Shown: in pieces, positions 1 to 8,908 of the stretch
Layout of the letters: the number at the start of each line of letters is the position of its first letter
Position numbering within the stretch: the stretch's first letter is position 1
DNA from: Planctomycetota bacterium
GTDB lineage: Bacteria; Planctomycetota; UBA8108; SXIK01
Length of the DNA: 64,000 nt
Assembly: GCA_965223265.1 (NCBI GenBank)
Contig: OZ244999.1
Span: 5,728,001-5,792,000, forward strand
Reading direction: 5' to 3'
Program-made: the position numbers and the translations under genes
Notes under the pieces: model-generated
Told to the model about the DNA's origin: nothing
What the model saw: the letters and a program-made list of their open reading frames with translations, nothing else
Databases searched by the model: none

Positions 1-456
1 CGCCCCGCCAGTGGCGACAAGCTGACGACACGCGCCGCCGGCTTTGGAGTCTTGCGCCTCAATAAACGCACGCGCCAGATCACCATGCAGTGCTTCCCGC
101 GCGGCGTCGACGTCATGAACCCGGCGACTCAACAGTACGATGGTTGGCCGAAGACCATCGACCAGCAAGACAACTATGGACGAACTCCAAAAGCGTATCT
201 CCCCACGCTAGAGATCACCGGTCAGGCGGATCCAGTCGTCAAGATCATCGACGAGTCAGATGGCGCTTGGGTCTACGCCCTGCGCATCAGGGGGTCGCGC
301 TTTCAACCGAAGGTGTTTCGTGAGGGGCGTTACACCGTGGAAGTCGGCGAAGGCGAGGCAAAGGCCGTCATCAAAGGCGTGCAGTCGATCGGACTCGATC
401 AGCAGGCTGAATTGCGAGTCGCACTGCGCGCAGAAAAGGTCGACGGCTCCCCTTGA
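1..456 (+). CDS. C-terminal part of a probable PhoD-like (alkaline phosphatase D family) protein, truncated by the window start
   Basis: Frame is open from base 1 (RPASGDKLTTRAAGFGVLRLNKRTRQITMQCFPR...GWPKTI). It resembles the C-terminus of planctomycete PhoD-family proteins; catalytic motifs are not visible. Confidence 0.55.
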   Translation, partial: RPASGDKLTTRAAGFGVLRLNKRTRQITMQCFPRGVDVMNPATQQYDGWPKTIDQQDNYGRTPKAYLPTLEITGQADPVVKIIDESDGAWVYALRIRGSRFQPKVFREGRYTVEVGEGEAKAVIKGVQSIGLDQQAELRVALRAEKVDGSP

Positions 457-563
457 CGAAGACGACGTCAGAGCCAGGCCCCGACACCTGCATTTGACTT
501 CGGTTCTCGTTCACTGGATACTGCGTTGCCACAAACGACCCGTATCGCGGACAGGAGAATCGA

Positions 564-962
564 GTGATGCATAGAGTACTTGTTTGGTCCCTTTCGTTGT
601 TTCTCCTGCCGCTCGCTGTGAGCGCCTGCGGGCAGTCTTCGCACGAGTCACTCACCGACGAAATGGTCACGTCGACTGAGGAAATCGCGGACGTTCTCGA
701 AACAGTGACTGACAAGGCGTCGGCTGAAGCAGCGAAGCCGAGACTCGAGGCGATCGCGAAAAAGATGAAGGACACCCTCGAGCGCAGAAAGGCCCTTGGT
801 GAGCCGGACGCCGCGGAGCAGCAGGCGATCGCGGAAAAGGTCAAGTCCCGGCTCGATGCTAGCCAGGCTCGCATGATGCAAGCCATGATGCGATTGCAAT
901 CGCAACCCGATGCGCTACAAGTGTTGCGTGACACCATCACAGGAATTGGCCCACTCGAATAG
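564..962 (+). CDS. Small helical lipoprotein, unknown function
   Basis: GGAG RBS upstream; hydrophobic signal ending in lipobox-like VSA-C; helical charged mature region. Confidence 0.7.
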   Translation: MMHRVLVWSLSLFLLPLAVSACGQSSHESLTDEMVTSTEEIADVLETVTDKASAEAAKPRLEAIAKKMKDTLERRKALGEPDAAEQQAIAEKVKSRLDASQARMMQAMMRLQSQPDALQVLRDTITGIGPLE

Positions 963-1016
963 TCGAGACGAGTGCCAGGTCAGTGTCACCGTCGCGCGGG
1001 TAGCCTAGCGCCAGAT

Positions 1017-2261
1017 CTAGATCGCCGCCAGCGGCTTGTACCCAGCGATCACGCCGCGCGCTTGTCGCAAAAACGGTAGCGGCGAAAGCCCCCCGGCACG
1101 CGGCTCCTCGCCTTGAAAGATGTGCTGCACCTGTTGACGAGGAAAACAGCGCCAGGCGACGCGATCCGTGCCGGCGATGGCGAGCAGATTCAGGTTTCCT
1201 TGCTTGGCCTCGTAGCCATCCTCGCCATTCGAAATCGCTAAAAACTCTTCCAGCGCCGCCTCGCCGTATAGGGAGCCTAAAACTCGATCTTTCAGCGTCG
1301 GCGCGCCACCGCGCTGCAGGTCGTCGAGCAGGACGTGGCGCACCTGAGCAGCGGAGCGGTCGGAGAAATGCACATCCAGTGCTTCAGCAACTCGCAGCAC
1401 CGTCAGCTCGAGCGGTTTGATCGATGTCATCATATCCTCGTAGTCGATGCGCGGGGCTTCGCCACCGCGAACGTTGACCACGGGTACACCGCTCGGAAGG
1501 ATGACGAGAAGGTACTTGCGGTTGCCACGCTCGAACATAGCTTCGATCCAGCGCACGAGCTCAGGGATGCTGACGTAATTCGGATCAAACTCTCGCCCGT
1601 AGAGCTGCTGGATCTCAGCGCGGTGCTCGTCAGTCAATCTCGGCCGCAGCGGCAAATAGATTCGGTGCGCGCCGCAGGCCAAACCGACCTGGATCGGCAT
1701 GCAGTTGCTCTTCGAACCGACACACTCGACCAGAAATACCGTGCGGCTGTGGAACGCCTGATCGCGGAGACAATCGACGACGTCGACGGCGCGGTTAGCA
1801 GCCGTGTCGAAGCCGATCGACTCGGCGTGAACGTCGTCCGATGCATCGTCGACGTTGGGATCAAGGAATTCACCTTCCACTGATGCGGGTACGAACATCG
1901 TCGTCGTACGTGCCATGAGGCCGCTTTCATAAAGCCGGTTCAGCACAGCGAAGCTTCCGAGTCCCCCCGTAGCCACGACGACGTCATACTTACGCAGCGC
2001 CATGGCAATTTTCCTGTGACTCTCGGTGTCATCTTTGTTGATCTTGGCATCGGTGGAGCCAAGAACGGACCCACCACGCGACAACACTGAAGCGACATCG
2101 CTATCCTTCAGCTGCCAAAATTCGTCCCGAAGCAGCCCGAGCCAGCCCAAGCGGGCGCCGAAGACATCGGCCCCTCGTTTCAGGGCGATTCGCGTCACAG
2201 CTCGAACGGCGGCATTGACGCCTGGTGCGTCTCCACCGAGCGTCGCAATGAGGCACCGCAT
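1017..2261 (-). CDS. 6-phosphofructokinase (PfkA)-family protein with degenerate active site
   Basis: GGDAPGVNAAVRAV, RGGSVLGS, SIGFDTA and QRGG motifs; AGGAGG RBS. Catalytic motifs are altered (GGLGS, SVEGE, VGS). Confidence 0.8.
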   Translation of the reverse strand: MRCLIATLGGDAPGVNAAVRAVTRIALKRGADVFGARLGWLGLLRDEFWQLKDSDVASVLSRGGSVLGSTDAKINKDDTESHRKIAMALRKYDVVVATGGLGSFAVLNRLYESGLMARTTTMFVPASVEGEFLDPNVDDASDDVHAESIGFDTAANRAVDVVDCLRDQAFHSRTVFLVECVGSKSNCMPIQVGLACGAHRIYLPLRPRLTDEHRAEIQQLYGREFDPNYVSIPELVRWIEAMFERGNRKYLLVILPSGVPVVNVRGGEAPRIDYEDMMTSIKPLELTVLRVAEALDVHFSDRSAAQVRHVLLDDLQRGGAPTLKDRVLGSLYGEAALEEFLAISNGEDGYEAKQGNLNLLAIAGTDRVAWRCFPRQQVQHIFQGEEPRAGGLSPLPFLRQARGVIAGYKPLAAI

Positions 2262-2622
2262 AGTTCCTCCTTCGCGATTGAGTCGGAATCATCCAGTTTT
2301 GGAACCAGACCGCGGCGAGGACACCTTTTAAGATAACCGAGGCCCCTGCCGAGCGTATGAACTTTCCCCGGAATCCTGCGTGCCGCCGAGTCGCCGATGG
2401 CGTAAAGCGAACGCAGAGATCGGCCCGAGCGCCCGCGAAAAATGGCGAGCAAGAGCGGCGAAGAGTGCGTCAGTAGCAGAGTCTCGAGACGCGGCGGAGC
2501 GTTGAGCGTACTTCACCGCAGGTGAGCAAATTGCCGACGCCGCTCAATCGTCGATCATTGCGCACTCTTCGCGGGTCGAAGAGCGCTTCGTTGCCGTGAT
2601 TTTTGTAGGCGATAGGGAACCA

Positions 2623-4230
2623 TCACCGGCCCTCGTGATCGCCGGCGCCTCCACCGTGCCAAGCATGTTCTGGTCGCGCCAGAATCTCGTCAATGACGGT
2701 CGCGACGCGTGAGGCGGCATCACCTTGCCCCGCCGTCCGCGCCTCCGCGAGGATGTGACGCGCCTGAGGTATCAGTTCTTCATAGAATCTCTCCGCAACT
2801 TCGTACATCCCGTGCCAGTGGGCATAGTCGGGCGCCATCATCGACGCGCCATGCCGCGCTCGTCGCCCCTCGTGGTGCCAGAGATAGAACCAGGTCCACT
2901 CGATCTTGTCGTCGAATTGAGTCTTAGAGATGAGCTCGTTTTCGAGGAGCGCAGCCATGATCGCCTTTCCTGGTTTGGCGAACTTCTCGTTGTAGAGAAT
3001 GACGAAATCGTCGTACTGCTTGTAGAAGCCAGAGATGTAGGCCGGTGTATGACAGTGGGCGCAGACATCCTTCATGCGATCACGTTTGTTCTGCCAGCTG
3101 TCGGCGATCAACTCCTGCCTCTTGGCGCTGTCGATCTCCTTGATCACTTTGTGTTCGGCATCGGTGTCCATGACGAGACTGACGGGTGGTCGATTGGTCC
3201 ACGAAATCCTCTGACCAGGGTCGTGCGTGATTTTGCCATCGTTGCGCGAATGGCCAGACATGTGACAGGTCGCGCACGTCGGCGCCTGCGAGTAATCACG
3301 CCCAAGCACCCAAGTCTCTGAGTCCAAGTTCATCGTCTCCCGCAGGTCGCGATAGGCGACACCGTGCTTGGACTCTTCGTAGATCTCTTTTTGCGGGTGG
3401 TCGGGTCCGAGGTGACACTTTCCGCAGTTCTCCGGTTGACGGGCACGCCGCGGCGAAAAGTCGTGCCGCGAGTGGCACGCGGAGCAGGAGCCCTTCGATC
3501 CGTCGAGGTTGAGGCGTCCAATACCGGTGTTCGGCCACGTCCCGGGGTCGTAGAGTGGTCGCCCGCTGTCGGGGTCGTGACGAATGCGAGCGACCGCGGC
3601 TGCGTTCGTCGGTTTTCCATCACCGTCCGGCTGCAAGTCATTGACGGTCACGCGTCCGCCATCAGTAGTCTGTAAGGCGACCATACTGCCATGGCACTGG
3701 TGACACCCGACAAGAGCGCTCGCCATGCCGTTGACGAGTCCGTCTTCGCGGCCCGGGGTCGGTGAATGAGGATTGAAAGGCACACGCGATCCCTCGACGG
3801 TTTCAGCGAGGAAATTGTCGAGCGAGTGGAGGATGTTACCGCCCGCGGCGTGATGACTGCGTGCAAACTCTGCGGCAACGTCGGGATGGCAGCGGCTGCA
3901 GTCGAGCGGGGTTACGACGGTCGCAATGACGACGCCGAAGTGCACAAAGGCGTCCGCGTCACCCTGCTCGGCGCGGTGGCACTCGACACAGCCGACACCC
4001 TTCTCCGCATGCGTGCTACCTTCCCAATGCTCAACGATCCCGGGCGAATTCCTCGTGTGACAGTCGACACATCCCTCCGAAGTCTTTGGCGTGACGTAGT
4101 GAGGGCGGAACCGGCCCGTTTCGCGGCCTTTACGGAGGACTTCCATCGCTTGGACAAAGATGAGCGACAGAAGAAAAACTCCGCCAAGAATCCCGATGAT
4201 CACTTTCTTCGTTTCGAGCCTCATCGACAC
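2623..4230 (-). CDS. Membrane-anchored octaheme cytochrome c, hydroxylamine oxidoreductase (HAO)-like family
   Basis: Eight CxxCH motifs (CVDCH, CVECH, CSRCH, CHQCH, CSACH, CGKCH, CATCH, CAHCH); HAO-family signatures CHLGPDHPQKEIYEESKHG and PDYAHWHG; N-terminal TM helix. Confidence 0.9.
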   Translation of the reverse strand: MSMRLETKKVIIGILGGVFLLSLIFVQAMEVLRKGRETGRFRPHYVTPKTSEGCVDCHTRNSPGIVEHWEGSTHAEKGVGCVECHRAEQGDADAFVHFGVVIATVVTPLDCSRCHPDVAAEFARSHHAAGGNILHSLDNFLAETVEGSRVPFNPHSPTPGREDGLVNGMASALVGCHQCHGSMVALQTTDGGRVTVNDLQPDGDGKPTNAAAVARIRHDPDSGRPLYDPGTWPNTGIGRLNLDGSKGSCSACHSRHDFSPRRARQPENCGKCHLGPDHPQKEIYEESKHGVAYRDLRETMNLDSETWVLGRDYSQAPTCATCHMSGHSRNDGKITHDPGQRISWTNRPPVSLVMDTDAEHKVIKEIDSAKRQELIADSWQNKRDRMKDVCAHCHTPAYISGFYKQYDDFVILYNEKFAKPGKAIMAALLENELISKTQFDDKIEWTWFYLWHHEGRRARHGASMMAPDYAHWHGMYEVAERFYEELIPQARHILAEARTAGQGDAASRVATVIDEILARPEHAWHGGGAGDHEGR

Positions 4231-4282
4231 GCTCCATGCTGGAAATGTTGTATTTCTCTCTCACGCTCTGCGGCGTCTGCTC

Positions 4283-5341
4283 TCAGTGACTCACGGCAGC
4301 TTCCCACACGGTCAGCAAAATGATGGCAATCACTGCCGCAATGCCGATCCAGACGCTCATTTCACTCGTCGGAGCACGGCGACGCAGCCAACCATCGATC
4401 AAAGGCCAGACGAACATGAGAAAGAGAATGAATCCCGTCGTCAGTACTGCGAACGTCCCCGAAAACAACTTGAGCCAACGGAAGACGACGTAGAAGAACC
4501 ACTCGGGCTTGATGACCTCTGGTGTCGTGAAGGGATCTGCCTTCGGGCCGAGCTCCGCTGGCAGGGTGATCGCCAGCGTCGTCAGAATGACCATGAGGGA
4601 TAGTCCGAGAATCAGTTCTGTGTAGAAATGGTCGGGGAAAAAACTGAAGTGAGCGTTCTCCCGATCGCTGTCACGAGCGAAGCGGTACTCGGTGACTCCC
4701 TGCAGCCGAATGAGTGTCAAGTGGATCCCGATCAGGAGCACCATCAGGACGGGAAGAACCGCGGCGTGAAGTACGTAAAGCCGCGACAACGTGTGCGCGC
4801 CGTACGTCTCGCCGCCAAGAAGCAGCCGCTTCAGAACGCCGCCGATCCATGGGATGCTGTCGGCGATGTTGGCGCCCACCGTCGCACCCCAGTAGCTCAG
4901 CTGCTCGTAAACCAGGCTATAGCCGGTGAAGCCGAGAACGAGAGTGCAGACCAGCAGACACATACCGATCATCCAGTTCAGCTCGCGTGGTCTGCGGTAA
5001 GCGCCCGTGAAGTAGACTCGCATCTGGTGCAGGATGACTGCTGCCACCATGAGCGTCGCGGACCACTTGTGAAGACTGCGGATGTACCAGCCGTAGGCGA
5101 CACTCTCCGTGATATACTCAACCGACTCATACGCACGTTGCGGAGACGGCTCGTAGTAAAAGGCGAGCAGAATCCCGGTGACGATCTGGACGACAAAAAG
5201 GTAGGCCGGGGTGCCACCGAGACAGAACCACCAGTGGCGCAGGTGATTCGGCACGGGTTCGTTCGTCAACTCGCGCAGCTGATCACCTGAGACCGGAACC
5301 CGCTCGCGTAGCCACGTGGTCAGGGCGGACATGAGTACCAT
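4283..5341 (-). CDS. Cytochrome b subunit of a Rieske/cytochrome b complex (b6 + subunit IV regions in one chain)
   Basis: GWYIRSLHKWSA, ILHQMRVY, RRPRELNW, SYWGATV, LHAAVLP...IHL heme-ligand histidines; IKPEWFF (PEWY-like). Confidence 0.93.
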   Translation of the reverse strand: MVLMSALTTWLRERVPVSGDQLRELTNEPVPNHLRHWWFCLGGTPAYLFVVQIVTGILLAFYYEPSPQRAYESVEYITESVAYGWYIRSLHKWSATLMVAAVILHQMRVYFTGAYRRPRELNWMIGMCLLVCTLVLGFTGYSLVYEQLSYWGATVGANIADSIPWIGGVLKRLLLGGETYGAHTLSRLYVLHAAVLPVLMVLLIGIHLTLIRLQGVTEYRFARDSDRENAHFSFFPDHFYTELILGLSLMVILTTLAITLPAELGPKADPFTTPEVIKPEWFFYVVFRWLKLFSGTFAVLTTGFILFLMFVWPLIDGWLRRRAPTSEMSVWIGIAAVIAIILLTVWEAAVSH

Positions 5342-5357
5342 CTCTCTTCGTGCTCCC

Positions 5358-5879
5358 CTAGACCGACTCGTTCACGGCAACTTCAATGAAGAGAAGTCCG
5401 TTCTCTACCTTCAGCGGGTAGCGCGGTAGCGCCTGGCCCGCGTCCGCCGGAGGGCCGGAGACGGGCTCTCCCTGCGGTGAAAACACGCCGTTGTGGCACG
5501 GACAAAAGAAGCGGGAATTGTGAGCCTCCCAGTGGACACGACAGCCAAGGTGTGGACAGGTGCTCGAAAGAGCGATGAAGCTGTCATCATCATCGCCGTC
5601 GCCATTGGCGGTGTCGCCGCGACGACTGATGGCCACACGGAGTCCCGCCGGAGTCGCGTAGCTTAGCGTCTTGCCACGACTCAGCTCGCGAACCGGTGCG
5701 ACGAGATGCCAAGCTCGCTCGCTACTCGCTGCTGGATAGAGAAAACGCCCCGCCATCAAGGCGAACGTTCCGTAGCTCAGGGCAAGTCCGCCGCCCATGG
5801 CGACGCCAGAAGCCCGGCGTAGAAAGGTACGGCGAGGTTCGGCTGGGTTGACTGACAAGCCGTCAGTGGTGTCGTGCAT
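5358..5879 (-). CDS. Rieske [2Fe-2S] subunit of the bc-type complex
   Basis: Tat motif RRTFL plus TM helix; CPHLGC and CPCHNG boxes; GPP motif. Confidence 0.93.
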   Translation of the reverse strand: MHDTTDGLSVNPAEPRRTFLRRASGVAMGGGLALSYGTFALMAGRFLYPAASSERAWHLVAPVRELSRGKTLSYATPAGLRVAISRRGDTANGDGDDDDSFIALSSTCPHLGCRVHWEAHNSRFFCPCHNGVFSPQGEPVSGPPADAGQALPRYPLKVENGLLFIEVAVNESV

Positions 5880-6313
5880 AAGGTTCTATTCGCAAACTGA
5901 ACAGTAAAGAAAGCGTACCTAACGACGGAACTCTCGTATCTGAGAGTCGCTCCAACTCGCGTCGCGCCGCATGCCTCGGCATGTCGAGGCACGCCTTATT
6001 CGCAAACGACGTTCCATGCACCGCGATTCACTCAGGAAGCCGACAGTCCCTACCAGCGACGCACGTGAAGGCGCCGTTGCACGAATCAGCTGCAAGCCAC
6101 GCATTCGAGCAGATGCGAGAATTCTCGTCCCCGGCGTAAAATTCCCCTTTCTCGATGATCGCCTATCCGCCTGTGTTGACAGGACTTCCGCGGAGACACT
6201 TGGCGTGACGGGCGCCCGATTGAGGCGAGGACAAGGCCATCTTGGACGCTCATTCGCTGCGGCGCCGGCTGGTCGACAGCACCCCAGTCGTCGTTTTTCA
6301 CCGCCTCGCGCAG

Positions 6314-8260
6314 TCACGCCCCCCCCTGAATCTCGGCGAGGAATGCGGCGCCGAAATCGGCGAGCTTCCGCTCGCCGACGCCGTGCACCTCGAGCAGCGC
6401 CTCCATCGTCCGCGGCACCCGGCGCGCCATGTCGCGGAGCGTTGCGTCGCCAAAGACGACAAACGGCGGTACATTGCGCTCACGCGCCAAACGCAGGCGC
6501 AGCTGTCGCAGCCTCTCGAACAGCTCGGCGTCGACGCCCGCCCACGCATCCTCTTCATGCCGAGAGCGGTGGACGCGCGTTGGCTTCCTCTCGGGTAGGA
6601 ACCAAGCTTGCCGGTTCCCACGGAGCACTTGAGCGGACTGCTCATTCAGCCTGAGGACCGGAAACGCCCCACCTGTTCTCGAGAGGAGGTCCTGATCGAT
6701 GAGCTGATAGACCATGTTCGTGATCGACTTCTTCGTTCGCTCCCTCATCAGCCCGAACGTGCTGAGCTGGTCATGGGAGAGCTGCACGACCCGGTCGCTT
6801 CGAGTACCACGCAACACGTCGGCGATGTGGGCGATCCCGAACTCGCCCTTGACGCGAAAGACGCACGAGAGAATCTGCTGTGCTGCAACCGTTCCATCCT
6901 CAAGGGCGTCGCACTCGCCGAGGCAGACGTCACAAGCGCCGCAATCCGCCGTCTCGTACGGTTGACCGAAGTACTCCGAGAGCGTCTTGTGGCGACAGGT
7001 TCCGGGAGCGGAGAGTCTGCGCATGTGGTGAAGGAGAGTGGCCGCCGCAGCGAATTCCTTCTCCCCTTGGCTCGGATCCTCCGCCTCCGCCGCAGAGCGT
7101 TCCATGAGCTTGCGCCAGCGCAGGGTGTCGGCTGGCGAATGCAACAGAACGCACTCGGCTTCGAGGCCGTCTCGTCCTGCGCGGCCTGTCTCCTGCTGGT
7201 AGTGCTCGATCGATTTTGGGGTCGCTGCGTGAATCACGCAGCGGACGTTGCTGCGGTCGACTCCCATGCCGAACGCAACGGTGGCTACGATGACGTTCAA
7301 GTTTTCGTCGGCGAAAGCTTCTTGGACGCGACGGCGTTCGTCGGCCTCCATGCCGGCATGGTAGCAGGCGGCGCGGTGCCCTTGCGCGTCGAGGTAACTG
7401 CTCAGGCGCTCCGTGTCGCTGCGGCTGATGCAGTAAATGATGACCGCCTCGCCGCGATGCCGTTCGAGCACGTCAAGCGTTTGCTGCCGCAGGTTGTGGC
7501 GCGGAATGAGTCGATATGTCAGGTTGGGGCGGTCGAAGCGTCCGACCAAGACTTCGGGATCGTCCAGCCGCAGCTGCTGAACGATGTCGGCGCGCACGCG
7601 CTCGGTCGCAGTCGCGGTATACGCATGGAGGCCAGCCGCGGGAAAGCGATCCTTGAGGACGGCGAGCTGACGGTATTCAGGTCGAAAGTTGTGGCCCCAA
7701 TGGCTGATGCAGTGCGCTTCGTCAATGGCGAACGATCGCACTGGCACGCGCCTGAGAAGATCGAGGAATCGCGGCTGGACGAGACGCTCTGGCGCGACGA
7801 AGACCAGTCGCACGTCGCCGCCCGCAATGGAGCGCTCGGCCGCGTCGCGTTCCTCCGGTGAAAGTCCGCTATGAATGCCTACCGCGGCGTAGCCGCAGGC
7901 GCGAAGCGAATCGACCTGATCTTTCATCAGCGAGATCAGGGGTGAAACGACGACGTCGGTGCATCCGAGCACTGCCGGCGGCACCTGATAGCAAAGCGAC
8001 TTGCCGCCGCCGGTCGGCATCACCACGAGCGAATCTCGACCGCTCAGGCCAGCGGCGATCGCTTCGGCTTGAAGCGGCCGCAGCTGATCAAAGCCCCAAA
8101 AGCGGCGCACGGTCTCTTTGACTGACTCATGCTCTTTGACTGACTCATGCAGCGACTCTTTCGGCGACTCGTGCACGGACTCCGCCGCTGACTCGGTCGC
8201 CGAAATGTCCACCAACTCCTCGCCGACTGCCTTGACTGCGTCGTTCACCGACTCCTCCAC
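6314..8260 (-). CDS. recQ: ATP-dependent DNA helicase RecQ
   Basis: MPTGGGKSLCYQ, DEAHCISHWGHNFRPEY, ATVAFGMG, QETGRAGRDG, zinc-binding RQC cysteines, C-terminal HRDC (PPFVVFGDATL). Exact start uncertain. Confidence 0.95.
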   Translation of the reverse strand: MEESVNDAVKAVGEELVDISATESAAESVHESPKESLHESVKEHESVKETVRRFWGFDQLRPLQAEAIAAGLSGRDSLVVMPTGGGKSLCYQVPPAVLGCTDVVVSPLISLMKDQVDSLRACGYAAVGIHSGLSPEERDAAERSIAGGDVRLVFVAPERLVQPRFLDLLRRVPVRSFAIDEAHCISHWGHNFRPEYRQLAVLKDRFPAAGLHAYTATATERVRADIVQQLRLDDPEVLVGRFDRPNLTYRLIPRHNLRQQTLDVLERHRGEAVIIYCISRSDTERLSSYLDAQGHRAACYHAGMEADERRRVQEAFADENLNVIVATVAFGMGVDRSNVRCVIHAATPKSIEHYQQETGRAGRDGLEAECVLLHSPADTLRWRKLMERSAAEAEDPSQGEKEFAAAATLLHHMRRLSAPGTCRHKTLSEYFGQPYETADCGACDVCLGECDALEDGTVAAQQILSCVFRVKGEFGIAHIADVLRGTRSDRVVQLSHDQLSTFGLMRERTKKSITNMVYQLIDQDLLSRTGGAFPVLRLNEQSAQVLRGNRQAWFLPERKPTRVHRSRHEEDAWAGVDAELFERLRQLRLRLARERNVPPFVVFGDATLRDMARRVPRTMEALLEVHGVGERKLADFGAAFLAEIQGGA

Positions 8261-8524
8261 CGTCCACCAGCGGCAGCGTCACGTGTTTTCCCCGCTCTTG
8301 TTGCCTTGCGTGGGGGAACAACAGCGACCTTCGCGTCTGACGACTGCACGCTCGGGGCATTCTAACGCTGATCGACCGTGTTCGCCAGTCGCCGCGTTTC
8401 AGCGTCCGACGCTTCGGTTCAGAGGCGAGGACGGACGGGCCAGAACTGGCGTGAAGAAGCCAGCCGCAGAATCATCAATTCAGGCAGGCTATGAACCTCG
8501 AGTTTGGCCATTCGGTGCACGAAA

Positions 8525-8562
8525 GTGGCAGGCAACGCCGTGTGCCGTCCGGTCTGGCACAC
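8525..8562. repeat. Degenerate REP-like palindrome
   Basis: gtggcaggcaacgccgtgtgccgtccgg resembles the GTAGCAGGCACACGCCGTGTGCCGT unit at 17485. Confidence 0.55.
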
Positions 8563-8603
8563 TCCGACCCCATTGTTGCAAAAGAAAAGCGCTTCAAAGC
8601 CAT

Positions 8604-8796
8604 GCGCGATTGCGTGAGCGTGGATCCTCGAGCGCCTGCCGCTTCTCTGCCTGATCTTCGTTTGCTTCTGTTCAAGATTCAAGAGATCAGAACAAGTTGA
8701 ACGAAAAGGAAACCAAGTCAACGAAGGAAAAACGTCCAAACGAGCAGGCAATGCCGTGTGTCGTCCGGACGGCACACGGCGTGCGTCTACTACTTT
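8604..8796. repeat. Dispersed ~190-bp intergenic element, copy 1, ending in an inverted REP pair
   Basis: Near-identical to 17176-17365 (ggatcctcgagcgcctgccgcttctctgcctgatcttcg...ttcaagattcaagagatcagaacaag...gagcaggcaatgccgtgtgtcgtccggacggcac). Confidence 0.85.
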
Positions 8797-8908
8797 TCCA
8801 GAGGAGCTCTTGACACTCGCAAGTTTGCTCAGGGGGAGCAAAAATGCGAAAGGCCTCTGCATCCCGTGAACTCGTCCGGCCAGGCCAGCACGAAATGGTA
8901 GAGTCGAG

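Noticed and set aside
2623-4230. Evidence for anammox or ammonia oxidation
   Set aside because: HAO-like octahemes are widespread; no hzs, hdh or amo genes are in the window and the cross-link Tyr seems absent.
5919-6654. Arg-rich ORFs between recQ and the Rieske gene, and similar long antisense ORFs across the window
   Set aside because: Typical shadow ORFs of high-GC DNA overlapping well-supported genes, with no recognisable motifs.
8114-8149. 18-bp tandem duplication in the recQ 5' region
   Set aside because: In-frame low-complexity N-terminal extension (HESVKE x2), probably neutral.
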